Below are positions 40,679-48,006 of a DNA stretch of 64,000 nucleotides, piece by piece. The stretch is from Gammaproteobacteria bacterium (GTDB lineage Bacteria; Pseudomonadota; Gammaproteobacteria; SZUA-140). The DNA lies in contig JALSGV010000201.1 in the NCBI GenBank assembly GCA_026982565.1, positions 27,658-91,657 of the forward strand, written 5' to 3'. Under the pieces are notes generated by a model, which saw only the letters and a list, made by a program, of their open reading frames with translations, made no database searches and had not been told where the DNA came from. Made by a program: the position numbers and the translations under genes. Every line of letters starts with the position of its first letter. Position 1 is the first letter of the stretch.

Positions 40679-40945
40679 CTATCCGTAGTACGTCCACATT
40701 CGGATAATTTTAACAACACGCTCTTCTTCGTAAACTTGATAGACCAATCTATGTTGAATATTTATTCTTCTTGAATATGCCCCAGACAAGTCACCAACTA
40801 GCTTTTCATAAGGTGGTGGTTTTTTATAAGGATTCTCTTGCAGCAATTCCAGCAACGATTTAGCCTTCTGCTTCAATCCAGATGCTGCAATTTTCTTAGC
40901 GTCTTTTTCTGCCTGTTTTGTATACATTAACTCCCAACTCACCAA
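40679..40945 (-). CDS. yoeB: YoeB/Txe-family toxin (RelE/ParE superfamily)
   Basis: …YSRRINIQHRLVYQVYEEERVVKIIRMWTYYG parallels E. coli YoeB …WSRRITEEHRLVYAV…IAACRYHY. Seven-bp overlap with the upstream antitoxin. Confidence 0.85.
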   Translation of the reverse strand: MVSWELMYTKQAEKDAKKIAASGLKQKAKSLLELLQENPYKKPPPYEKLVGDLSGAYSRRINIQHRLVYQVYEEERVVKIIRMWTYYG

Positions 40946-41181
40946 TCAAGCTCCTTAGAGCACTCTGATATATTTTGACTCATACCTTCTTTAATTGATT
41001 CCCGCATTCCGGGTACTGACAGCAAATGTAGCGTTTCAGCAATTGCATTCCAATCGTCCTCAGACACAAGGACGGCATTAGCTCTTTTTCCCGTAATTAC
41101 AATGGGTTGATGAGTCTCCGCCGCCTCATCAATAAGGCTATAGAGCTTAGAGCGGGCTTCTGTTGCATTCAATATAGTCAT
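40939..41181 (-). CDS. yefM: YefM/Phd-family antitoxin
   Basis: MTILNATEARSKLYSLIDEAAETHQPIVITGKRANAVLVSEDDWNAIAETLHLLSVPGMRESI is a typical Phd/YefM fold sequence. Direct GTAC-containing repeats lie upstream (41195-41230), consistent with a YefM-YoeB operator. Confidence 0.85.
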   Translation of the reverse strand: MTILNATEARSKLYSLIDEAAETHQPIVITGKRANAVLVSEDDWNAIAETLHLLSVPGMRESIKEGMSQNISECSKELDW

Positions 41182-41295
41182 AATAAATACCCCCTCAATA
41201 TAGCGTACGACTAAGCGTACGGTACATCAAGGCCTATTTTGTCCCTTTACAGGGAATCCCGAGGCCCCGAGCTTGGCTCGGCACAAGGTGCCTTG

Positions 41296-41484
41296 TTAGG
41301 CGATATACCCCCATTTCTTGAACTGTTCATGTAATTCAGGCTCATCCTTGAATACTTGGCAATAAATATACTCCGGCGCCAAATCTGCGCCGTTCGGCCA
41401 TACTATCGTTTCAGGCTCATCATCAACTTTTAGTTTGGAAAATATGGACACGTTCTTCAACGGTTCGAACGCCGGCCCTCTCAA
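41296..41484 (-). pseudogene. probable 5'-truncated DUF2442-like gene remnant
   Basis: The 62-aa ORF …GPAFEPLKNVSIF…VDDEPETIVWPNGADLAPEYIYCQV resembles the C-terminal half of DUF2442 proteins. The position where the N-terminal half should be is occupied by REP-like repeats (41535-41665). Confidence 0.3.
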
Positions 41485-41534
41485 AGCGCTTGATAAATCC
41501 GCAACGTGTAAAACAATGCTTTTTTCTCCATTTA

Positions 41535-41665
41535 TCCCCTCACCCCAACCCCTTTACCCTCAAGGGGCACCGAGGTCCCAGCGGGAGAGGGGCTTTTGCG
41601 ACACCCTCCACAGAGGCGGGGGGCTTTTGCGCCTTCCTACGGAGGGAGGCGGTTGGGGGCTTTCT
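41535..41665. repeat. REP-like intergenic repeat cluster (family with core GGAGGGTGYCGCAAAAG / CCCCTCTCCC)
   Basis: cccctcaccccaacccc…gggagaggggcttttgcgacaccctcc…gggggcttttgcgcc. Related copies are at 44725-44800, 53160-53400 and 60128-60200. Confidence 0.6.
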
Positions 41666-41698
41666 TGAGGGCAAGATAGGTTGTTCGCCACCTCACTT

Positions 41699-42031
41699 TT
41701 AGGCTCTTTCGTAGAATACTTTTCCCGCCCTTTTTATATGCTCGATCAGATTCTCATTGTCTATCTGATCATATAACGACAAGTCTGTTTTATAGGGCAA
41801 TAACAAATCGTCTATCTTCAGTTCAATGGCTTGCAGATCCTCCCATTTCATCGCTGACCCTATTATTGTCAGGTCGATATCTGACGCTGGTCTGTAGTCG
41901 CCTTTAGCCCTTGATCCATAGATTATAACCTGTTCTACAGCAGGCGTATCCGCGAATATGCTGCGTATTTTCGAGATGACTTGTTCGTCCAGGCCAAAGT
42001 CCGGCTCGATATTATTGGGCGCTGTGTTCAT
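41699..42031 (-). CDS. minimal nucleotidyltransferase (MNT) protein, second copy in the triad
   Basis: …VIIYGSRAKGDYRPASDIDLTIIG… Four-bp overlap (ATGA) with the upstream HEPN gene. Confidence 0.75.
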   Translation of the reverse strand: MNTAPNNIEPDFGLDEQVISKIRSIFADTPAVEQVIIYGSRAKGDYRPASDIDLTIIGSAMKWEDLQAIELKIDDLLLPYKTDLSLYDQIDNENLIEHIKRAGKVFYERA

Positions 42032-42450
42032 GCAGCACCTTCCTGCAGATGCGCCAGGCGCTTATCCAGCGCCATGAACAGTTGATGATATTTGTCCTTT
42101 ATATTTGTTAGTATCGATTCCGCCGTTTCTTCATTGTACGTATGCGAGGTTCGATTTCGATCAACCAGCATTTGCATCCAACCCTCACCATCTTCGATCA
42201 ATCCTCTGCTGAAGCTTTCCCGTATGGTGTCACGAGAACCCACGATTCCACCGATACCTTGCCATAATAGGTAGTCCTTCAGCGCATTCCAGGCAAGCTC
42301 GTAGGTATATTCAAAAGCCTGAATCACGCCCTGTTTTTCCAAAGGCGTCAATTCCCGTTCCGCCATCAGGCGCATGGCGCTATCCAGCTGTCCAAAAGCC
42401 TTTTTGAATTGGGCGTATCTTTGCTTCCAGCGGATATCTTCGTTTGTCAT
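42028..42450 (-). CDS. HEPN-domain protein (HepT / HI0074-like nucleotidyltransferase substrate-binding protein; putative RNase toxin)
   Basis: Rx4HxY motif present: DRNRTSHTY. 140 aa, helical. Four-bp overlaps on both sides with the flanking MNT genes. Confidence 0.8.
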   Translation of the reverse strand: MTNEDIRWKQRYAQFKKAFGQLDSAMRLMAERELTPLEKQGVIQAFEYTYELAWNALKDYLLWQGIGGIVGSRDTIRESFSRGLIEDGEGWMQMLVDRNRTSHTYNEETAESILTNIKDKYHQLFMALDKRLAHLQEGAA

Positions 42451-42740
42451 AGCTGAATTCCTGTTTTTTTCGCCATGCGGTGGATGGCTCTCAATGGCGC
42501 ACTCCGGAGTTTTAGGTCGATGTCTATTCGCTGTTCCCCGATACGCTCCCAGAGCTTGCTGAGTATGCGGAATTTGTGCTTTAACAATTTCTCCTGGATT
42601 TCCGTTTCAGCATAAAGATCGATATCACCACCATGGCGGGAATCATCTAAGCGTGACCCAAAGAGGTAGATATCTGCCGTAGGGTCCACGCCGTGAATGA
42701 CCTCGCGGATTGCCGTTTTTTCATGTTCATTCAAGCGCAC
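42447..42740 (-). CDS. minimal nucleotidyltransferase (MNT) protein, first copy in the triad
   Basis: MRLNEHEKTAIREVIHGVDPTADIYLFGSRLDDSRHGGDIDLYAE…. Confidence 0.75.
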   Translation of the reverse strand: MRLNEHEKTAIREVIHGVDPTADIYLFGSRLDDSRHGGDIDLYAETEIQEKLLKHKFRILSKLWERIGEQRIDIDLKLRSAPLRAIHRMAKKTGIQL

Positions 42741-42877
42741 GTGTCTATTTTGTGTTCTGCGCCGGATTCGGCGCGTTCAGCACAACCTCCTCCTGCCTCT
42801 TAATTTGTGACTGACCCGGTCTGTGACCCTTGCGCTCAGCCATACAGATTCGTCTCCCGGATGCGGAGCCTGTAACA

Positions 42878-44647
42878 TTAGAAAGACCAGATCAGCGGCA
42901 CGAGTACCACGACAATTATACCGACCAGGAGTGTCAGTGGGATACCGATTTTGACATAATCCGAAAAATGGTAGCCGCCGGGTCCATAGACCATGAGGTT
43001 GGTCTGGTAGCCGATGGGGGTGGCGAAGCTGACCGAGGCCGCGACCATGATGGTGATCATGAAGGGCATGTAGTCCACGCCCAGCGCCTGGCTGGCGGCC
43101 ATGGCGATGGGAAACATGAGCACGGCGGCCGTATTGTTGGTGATGACGGCGGTGAACAGCGCGGTGATGGCATAGATCAATACCAGGGCGACGTGGGGAC
43201 TCTCGCTCGTCAGGGCCAGCAGGGTTTGTGCAATGAACTGGGCGGCGCCGGTTGTCTGGAGCGCCTGCCCGATGCCCAGTGAGGCGGCAATCACGATCAG
43301 CACCTGCCAGTCCACGGAGCGCCTTGCCACGCTACCTACTGTACACTTTGTAATCAGCATCAGGCCTGCCGCCAGCATGGCGGCCTTGAGCATGGTCAGC
43401 ACCCCTGTCGCGACGGACAGCACCATGGCGACGAGGATCAGGATGGCGGTGAGGGCATTTTCATGACGGGGCGGGCTGGAATCCTCCAGGCGGCTGATGA
43501 GATAAAAATCCCTTGAATTGCGCTGCTGCTCGATAAAATCCGGGGGGGCTTCAAGCAGCAGGACGTCGCCCGGCCGTAGGACGATGTCGCCGATTTTCAT
43601 TTTCATTTGCTCGCCATTGCGGGCCACGGCGATGATGGCGGCGTTGTACCTGTTCCGGAAGCGGCTTTCCCTGATCGTCTTCCCCGCCGTGGGGAAGCTG
43701 TCGGAGACGACGGCCTCGACCAGGCAACGGGTGGTCCTGGGCATGTTGAGCTTGAAGACCTGGTTGGTCGCCGGCCTGAGGCCGCGAATCTTTTGCAGGT
43801 CGACCACTGATTCCACCACGCCCGCGAATACCAGGCGGTCGTTGGCCTGGAGCTTCTCCTGCGGTGAAACGGCCGGCAACAGGGCGTCCTTGCGGTCGAT
43901 TTCTATCAGATACAGGCCGGGCAGCTGGCGCAGCCCCGCCTGCTCGATGGTTTTGCCAATCAGCGGCCCGTCGGGATCGACAATCATCTCCACGGTATAG
44001 CCGCGCACGTCCGAAAACTGGCTGATGGCGGAGCGCCGGTCGGGCAGCAGCCATTTGCCCAGTACGATGACGGCGATGATGACGAATAGCGTCAGGGGGA
44101 GGCCTATCCACGCCAGTTCGAATATCCCCAGGCCGGAGGAGCCCGTTTCCTTGATCAACAGGCCGTTTATCACCAGGTTGGTGCTGGTGCCAATCAAAGT
44201 ACAGGTGCCACCCACCATGGCGGCATAACTCAATGGTATCAGCAGTTTTGAAATTGAAAGGCGGTACCGCCGGGACCAGTCCTGGATGGCGGGGATCATC
44301 ATGGCGACAACGGGCGTGTTGTTGAGAAACGCGCTCATGGCCGCGACCGGGGTCATCATTCTGACCTGCGCCCCGGCAAGGGTTTTGGGGCGCCCCAGGA
44401 TGTATTCAACCACCCAGGCGATGGCCCCCGTTTCCTTCAGCCCGGAAACGACGACATAGAGGGCGCCCACGGTCACCATGCCCTCATTGGCCAAGCCGGC
44501 CAGGGCCTGCTCGGGAGAGAGGATTCCGCCGACGAGGAGGAGCGTCAGGCCGCCCATTAAGATGACATCAGGGGGGATCCGGTTCAGGACCAGCAGGAAG
44601 AAGCAGAGGCCTATGACCGCCAATGTTACCCAAGCGTCAATTTCCAT
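42878..44647 (-). CDS. DASS/SLC13-family anion permease with two internal TrkA-C (RCK_C) domains; likely sulfate or other divalent-anion transporter
   Basis: 589 aa. N- and C-terminal transmembrane repeat units flank two soluble TrkA-C-like modules (…GYTVEMIVDPDGPLIGKTIEQAGLRQ…; …RCLVEAVVSDSFPTAGKTIRESRFRNRYNAAIIAV…). Lies immediately upstream of cysC. Confidence 0.75.
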   Translation of the reverse strand: MEIDAWVTLAVIGLCFFLLVLNRIPPDVILMGGLTLLLVGGILSPEQALAGLANEGMVTVGALYVVVSGLKETGAIAWVVEYILGRPKTLAGAQVRMMTPVAAMSAFLNNTPVVAMMIPAIQDWSRRYRLSISKLLIPLSYAAMVGGTCTLIGTSTNLVINGLLIKETGSSGLGIFELAWIGLPLTLFVIIAVIVLGKWLLPDRRSAISQFSDVRGYTVEMIVDPDGPLIGKTIEQAGLRQLPGLYLIEIDRKDALLPAVSPQEKLQANDRLVFAGVVESVVDLQKIRGLRPATNQVFKLNMPRTTRCLVEAVVSDSFPTAGKTIRESRFRNRYNAAIIAVARNGEQMKMKIGDIVLRPGDVLLLEAPPDFIEQQRNSRDFYLISRLEDSSPPRHENALTAILILVAMVLSVATGVLTMLKAAMLAAGLMLITKCTVGSVARRSVDWQVLIVIAASLGIGQALQTTGAAQFIAQTLLALTSESPHVALVLIYAITALFTAVITNNTAAVLMFPIAMAASQALGVDYMPFMITIMVAASVSFATPIGYQTNLMVYGPGGYHFSDYVKIGIPLTLLVGIIVVVLVPLIWSF

Positions 44648-44724
44648 GGTGAGCTACCGGTTGTCCTGTCGGCATGGGTTTTCTGTCCAGGTGTATCGTT
44701 AAATCGTATACGGCGCGCCTCCAT

Positions 44725-44800
44725 CACTCCCCTCACCCCGGCCCTCTCCCGGAGGGAGAGGGGGCTTGTTTGGGCGATGGCGTGTTTGAGTGGGAGAGGA
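44725..44800. repeat. REP-like intergenic repeat (same family as 41535-41665)
   Basis: cccctcaccccggccctctcccggagggagagggggcttgtttgggcg…gagtgggagagg. Confidence 0.55.
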
Positions 44801-44831
44801 ATTCCGCGCCGGGCTCGTGATCGTGGCTTGG

Positions 44832-45443
44832 TTATTTCTGGATCACGCCCCGTTCCAGGAGGAGATTGATCACCTTGGCGGCGCTTTCCTCCAGGGACTC
44901 ACTGCCCGTGTCAACGGTCAATTCGGGATTCAGCGGTTCTTCATAGGGCGAATTGATGCCCGTGAATTCCTTGATCTCCCCTGCCCTCGCCTTTTTGTAG
45001 AGCCCTTTTACATCACGCTCCTCGCAGATGTCCAGGGAACACTTGCAGTAGATCTCGAAAAAATCACCCTCAGCGTTGATCTTTCTGACATTGTCGCGGT
45101 CCGCCCGGAAGGGGGAAATAAAGGCCGTCAGACTGATCACGCCCGCCTCCACGAAGAGCTTGGCCACCTCGCCGATGCGGCGGATGTTCTCCACCCGGTC
45201 CTCATTGGAAAAACCAAGATCTCCGCAGAGCCCATGACGGATGTTGTCGCCATCCAGAACATAGGTGCGGCACTTCATTTCGTAGAGCTTTTCCTCCACG
45301 GCATGGGCCAGCGTGGATTTCCCTGAACCCGACAAGCCGGTGAACCACAGGATGACGCTCTTGTGGCCGTTCAGTTTCTCACGGGCTTCACGGTCGATGG
45401 TGGCATGGTGCCACACCACGTTGCTGCTGACTTTTTTTTCCAT
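44832..45443 (-). CDS. cysC: adenylyl-sulfate (APS) kinase
   Basis: Walker [12 protein letters not shown]. Also …[12 protein letters not shown]…GFS…DR.ENIRRI…ISPF… APS-kinase motifs. 203 aa. Confidence 0.9.
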   Translation of the reverse strand: MEKKVSSNVVWHHATIDREAREKLNGHKSVILWFTGLSGSGKSTLAHAVEEKLYEMKCRTYVLDGDNIRHGLCGDLGFSNEDRVENIRRIGEVAKLFVEAGVISLTAFISPFRADRDNVRKINAEGDFFEIYCKCSLDICEERDVKGLYKKARAGEIKEFTGINSPYEEPLNPELTVDTGSESLEESAAKVINLLLERGVIQK

Positions 45444-45569
45444 GTTTTTTATTCCTCAATAGTCGCAATTTGTAAATTATCTTATGCAGATCTGATTGAT
45501 CTGCTACCGCTTGTCGATCCCACCGGCAAAGGGCGCGCACCTGCGTCCCCGCATTCTCCCGACAGGGCA

Positions 45570-45800
45570 TTATGCTGCTTTGATTACAGCTTCCTCTATA
45601 TTTTTTGGTAGGCTTACATAAATAAAGTATTCTTCTGGATACAAATAATCCTCACCAGACTCATCTATCACCCGTATTTGCTTGCGTTGCTCCGCCTCTG
45701 AATCTGGAAGCGCCTCATATATCTTTCTCTTTTCCAGAGAAGCAGGGTAATCTTCGTTTTTTATACAGATAACCAATTGATGTGATTTCATATTTCTCAT
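45570..45800 (-). CDS. hypothetical small acidic protein (76 aa)
   Basis: Intact ORF in a low-GC patch. Acidic (many D/E). Located downstream of the basic 87-aa ORF. No family recognised. Confidence 0.35.
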   Translation of the reverse strand: MRNMKSHQLVICIKNEDYPASLEKRKIYEALPDSEAEQRKQIRVIDESGEDYLYPEEYFIYVSLPKNIEEAVIKAA

Positions 45801-45810
45801 GGTTGTTGAC

Positions 45811-46074
45811 TTAATCCAGGTAACGTTTGATTTTTATTTCCTTTTTTCCACTGCCTGTCGCTTCATACCAGTGTACTTCGGCGCGTACTATCGACCCATC
45901 AGTCAATTTGACCTTCGCCACACCTTTTCTTTTTTTCCATTTTCCTTTGCCATATATCTTCTGTAATCTGGACAGCTCGCGAATTCTTTTCCCTGTCGCA
46001 AATGTCTCCTGATTCTCAATCCTTCCGATTATTTCAAATTGCATTAAGCGACTATTCCCTGTGCCCTTGCCCAT
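45811..46074 (-). CDS. hypothetical small basic protein (87 aa, Lys/Arg-rich)
   Basis: Intact ORF in a low-GC patch, 10 bp upstream of the acidic ORF. No family recognised. Confidence 0.35.
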   Translation of the reverse strand: MGKGTGNSRLMQFEIIGRIENQETFATGKRIRELSRLQKIYGKGKWKKRKGVAKVKLTDGSIVRAEVHWYEATGSGKKEIKIKRYLD

Positions 46075-46094
46075 GAGCAGATTCTTGGCTGGTA

Positions 46095-47141
46095 TCAGTG
46101 GGCTTTGCCTCCCCGGCTGCTGTCGAGCACCCGGTAATTCTCAATATACCAGTTATAGGCATCTTCTATGCCATGCCTGAGCTCAATTTTTTGCTTCCAG
46201 CCCAGGGCGCTTATGCGGCTGATATCGAGAAGTTTACGCATTGTGCCATCGGGTTTCGACGTATCAAAGACCAAATCCCCTCCGAACCCGACGATATCCT
46301 TGACCAGCAGGGCCAGCTCCCTGATGGTGATGTCCTGGCCGCAGCCGATATTGACCAGTGGCAGAGCATAGGTCGCTGGCCCGGACACACGGGGATTGAG
46401 AGCCTGACCGAAGGTCTCGCCTGGCAGGCCCATGAGGTACATGCAGGCATCGGCCATGTCGTCACTATGGAGGAATTCCCGGCGTGGATTGCCCGTGCCC
46501 CAGACGGTGACGGTGTCCTGGCCACTGGCTTTTGCTTCATGCATTTTCCGGATCAGCGCCGGCAACACATGGGAGTTTTCGAGATCAAAATTATCCCCTG
46601 GGCCATAGAGGTTGGTGGGCATCACCGCCAGGTAGCGGGTGCCGTACTGACGATTATACGCCGCGCACATCTCGATGCCGGCGATCTTCGCAACAGCATA
46701 GGGGCTGTTGGTGGCCTCCAGCGGCCCGGTCAGCAGATACTCTTCCCTCATCGGCTGCGGGCAGTCCCGGGGGTAGATGCAGGACGACCCAAGGAACAGC
46801 AGGCGCTTGACCCCCGTGCGCCATGCCTGATGAATGACATTGAGCTGGATGGCCAGGTTCTGCTGTATAAACTCAGCGGGACAGGTTTTATTGGCCATGA
46901 TCCCACCCACCTTGGCGGCGGCAAGAAAGACATACTCGGGTTTTTCATTTTCGAAGAATGCTTGGACTGCTTCCTGATTGGTCAGATCCAGCTCGCGGTG
47001 AGTGCGCGTGATGAGGTTTTTGCAGCCAGCGCCTTCGAGTTTCCTCAGGATGGCGCTGCCGACCAGGCCCCGGTGCCCCGCCACATATATTGGGGATTCA
47101 GGGTCGAGGGGCGGGGATTGTGTGTCTGGATTATCTGGCAT
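46095..47141 (-). CDS. fcl: GDP-L-fucose synthase (GDP-4-keto-6-deoxy-D-mannose 3,5-epimerase/4-reductase)
   Basis: …IYVAGHRGLVGSAI…LAAAKVGGI…SSCIYP…YAVAKIAG… SDR-fold Fcl/WcaG signature. 348 aa. Confidence 0.9.
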   Translation of the reverse strand: MPDNPDTQSPPLDPESPIYVAGHRGLVGSAILRKLEGAGCKNLITRTHRELDLTNQEAVQAFFENEKPEYVFLAAAKVGGIMANKTCPAEFIQQNLAIQLNVIHQAWRTGVKRLLFLGSSCIYPRDCPQPMREEYLLTGPLEATNSPYAVAKIAGIEMCAAYNRQYGTRYLAVMPTNLYGPGDNFDLENSHVLPALIRKMHEAKASGQDTVTVWGTGNPRREFLHSDDMADACMYLMGLPGETFGQALNPRVSGPATYALPLVNIGCGQDITIRELALLVKDIVGFGGDLVFDTSKPDGTMRKLLDISRISALGWKQKIELRHGIEDAYNWYIENYRVLDSSRGGKAH

Positions 47142-47187
47142 TGATTCTTCGTCCTACTGCTTTCGGGGGGCTTTTATGTCAAGAACC

Positions 47188-47706
47188 CTATTCCCCGCAT
47201 AGCACTATCTTTTTCGGCAACCTCTCCTCGTTGACGCCCATGCGCACCTTGGCATAATCACGGATCTTGTTATAGGCGTTAAGCAGAAGATGGCTGTATT
47301 CCTTCGCCATTTTCAGGTCTTCCGCAAAGGATTCCGGACTCTGCATGTGTTCATGTACTAAGCGGTTGCGCAATTCCCGGGCCTCAAGCCATCGCTCAAC
47401 GCTGTCCATTACACCCAGTTGCTCAGCACGGTTCAGGTTCTCTATCAGACTGCCTGGCCTTTCCGCCTGGGCCATAAGCCATCGGGGAAGGAGCTTATCC
47501 GCTATGGTATCCTGCATGCGGCCGAACCGGGAGACAAAGGCTTCAAGCCGCTCAGCAATCTCCGGCGCGGATTCCAGTCCGCGCACCCAATCTGCCGTAA
47601 TAGCACAGGCATCCAGCCGCCCCCAACTGTAAGCAAGGTGCCTTCCCTCATGGGAAACGATATCCAGAGTATGGAGAAAGCGGTCTACCGGCAAAACCTT
47701 GTTCAT
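47188..47706 (-). CDS. HEPN-like putative toxin partnered with the upstream MNT
   Basis: 172 aa, helical, with RNRLVHEH (Rx4H, a HEPN-type motif). The ATG overlaps the MNT stop (ATGA at 47703-47706). Confidence 0.55.
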   Translation of the reverse strand: MNKVLPVDRFLHTLDIVSHEGRHLAYSWGRLDACAITADWVRGLESAPEIAERLEAFVSRFGRMQDTIADKLLPRWLMAQAERPGSLIENLNRAEQLGVMDSVERWLEARELRNRLVHEHMQSPESFAEDLKMAKEYSHLLLNAYNKIRDYAKVRMGVNEERLPKKIVLCGE

Positions 47707-48002
47707 AGCTGCACCCCTGAGCGTAATGCTTCCTCATGTACGGCTTGACGCTGAGTCTCTGGATCGAGAATCAAGACATCGATGGGTTGGTCGCCAAGAC
47801 GGACCTGGAGACGGGCCACGAATTTTAACACCTTGCGTTCGCGTTCGCTGACAGGGTGTTCAGAACGGACAAGAAGATCGATATCGCCACCACGAGCTTC
47901 ATCATCGACGCGGGAGCCAAACAAGAGAACACTGGCATCCGGACCAAATATCTCATGCACGGTCTCGCGGATTACGGATTTTTCTTCATCGGTGAGGCGC
48001 AC
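47703..48002 (-). CDS. minimal nucleotidyltransferase (MNT) antitoxin-like protein
   Basis: (V)RLTDEEKSVIRETVHEIFGPDASVLLFGSRVDDEARGGDIDLLV. The N-terminus aligns with the other MNTs in this window (MRLNEHEK…, MRLEPYQ…). This favours the GTG start at 48002, five nt after the gmd stop, over the in-frame ATG at 48056 inside gmd. Confidence 0.65.
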   Translation of the reverse strand: MRLTDEEKSVIRETVHEIFGPDASVLLFGSRVDDEARGGDIDLLVRSEHPVSERERKVLKFVARLQVRLGDQPIDVLILDPETQRQAVHEEALRSGVQL

Positions 48003-48006
48003 CTTG

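Noticed and set aside
40531-40719. N-terminal 63-aa extension of the MNT ORF (ORF-track start 40719)
   Set aside because: The conserved MNT N-terminus MRLEPYQ… starts at 40530 and aligns with the other MNT starts in the window. The upstream part is in-frame read-through with no homology.
41435-41702. Pro/Gly-rich small ORFs (41435-41668 and 41490-41702, both plus strand)
   Set aside because: They are translations of the REP-like repeat cluster. The same 'peptides' would arise at every repeat copy. There is no RBS and no coding periodicity.
46098-47144. 348-aa plus-strand ORF exactly mirroring fcl
   Set aside because: Full-length antisense shadow of fcl. The fcl product has canonical SDR/Fcl motifs.
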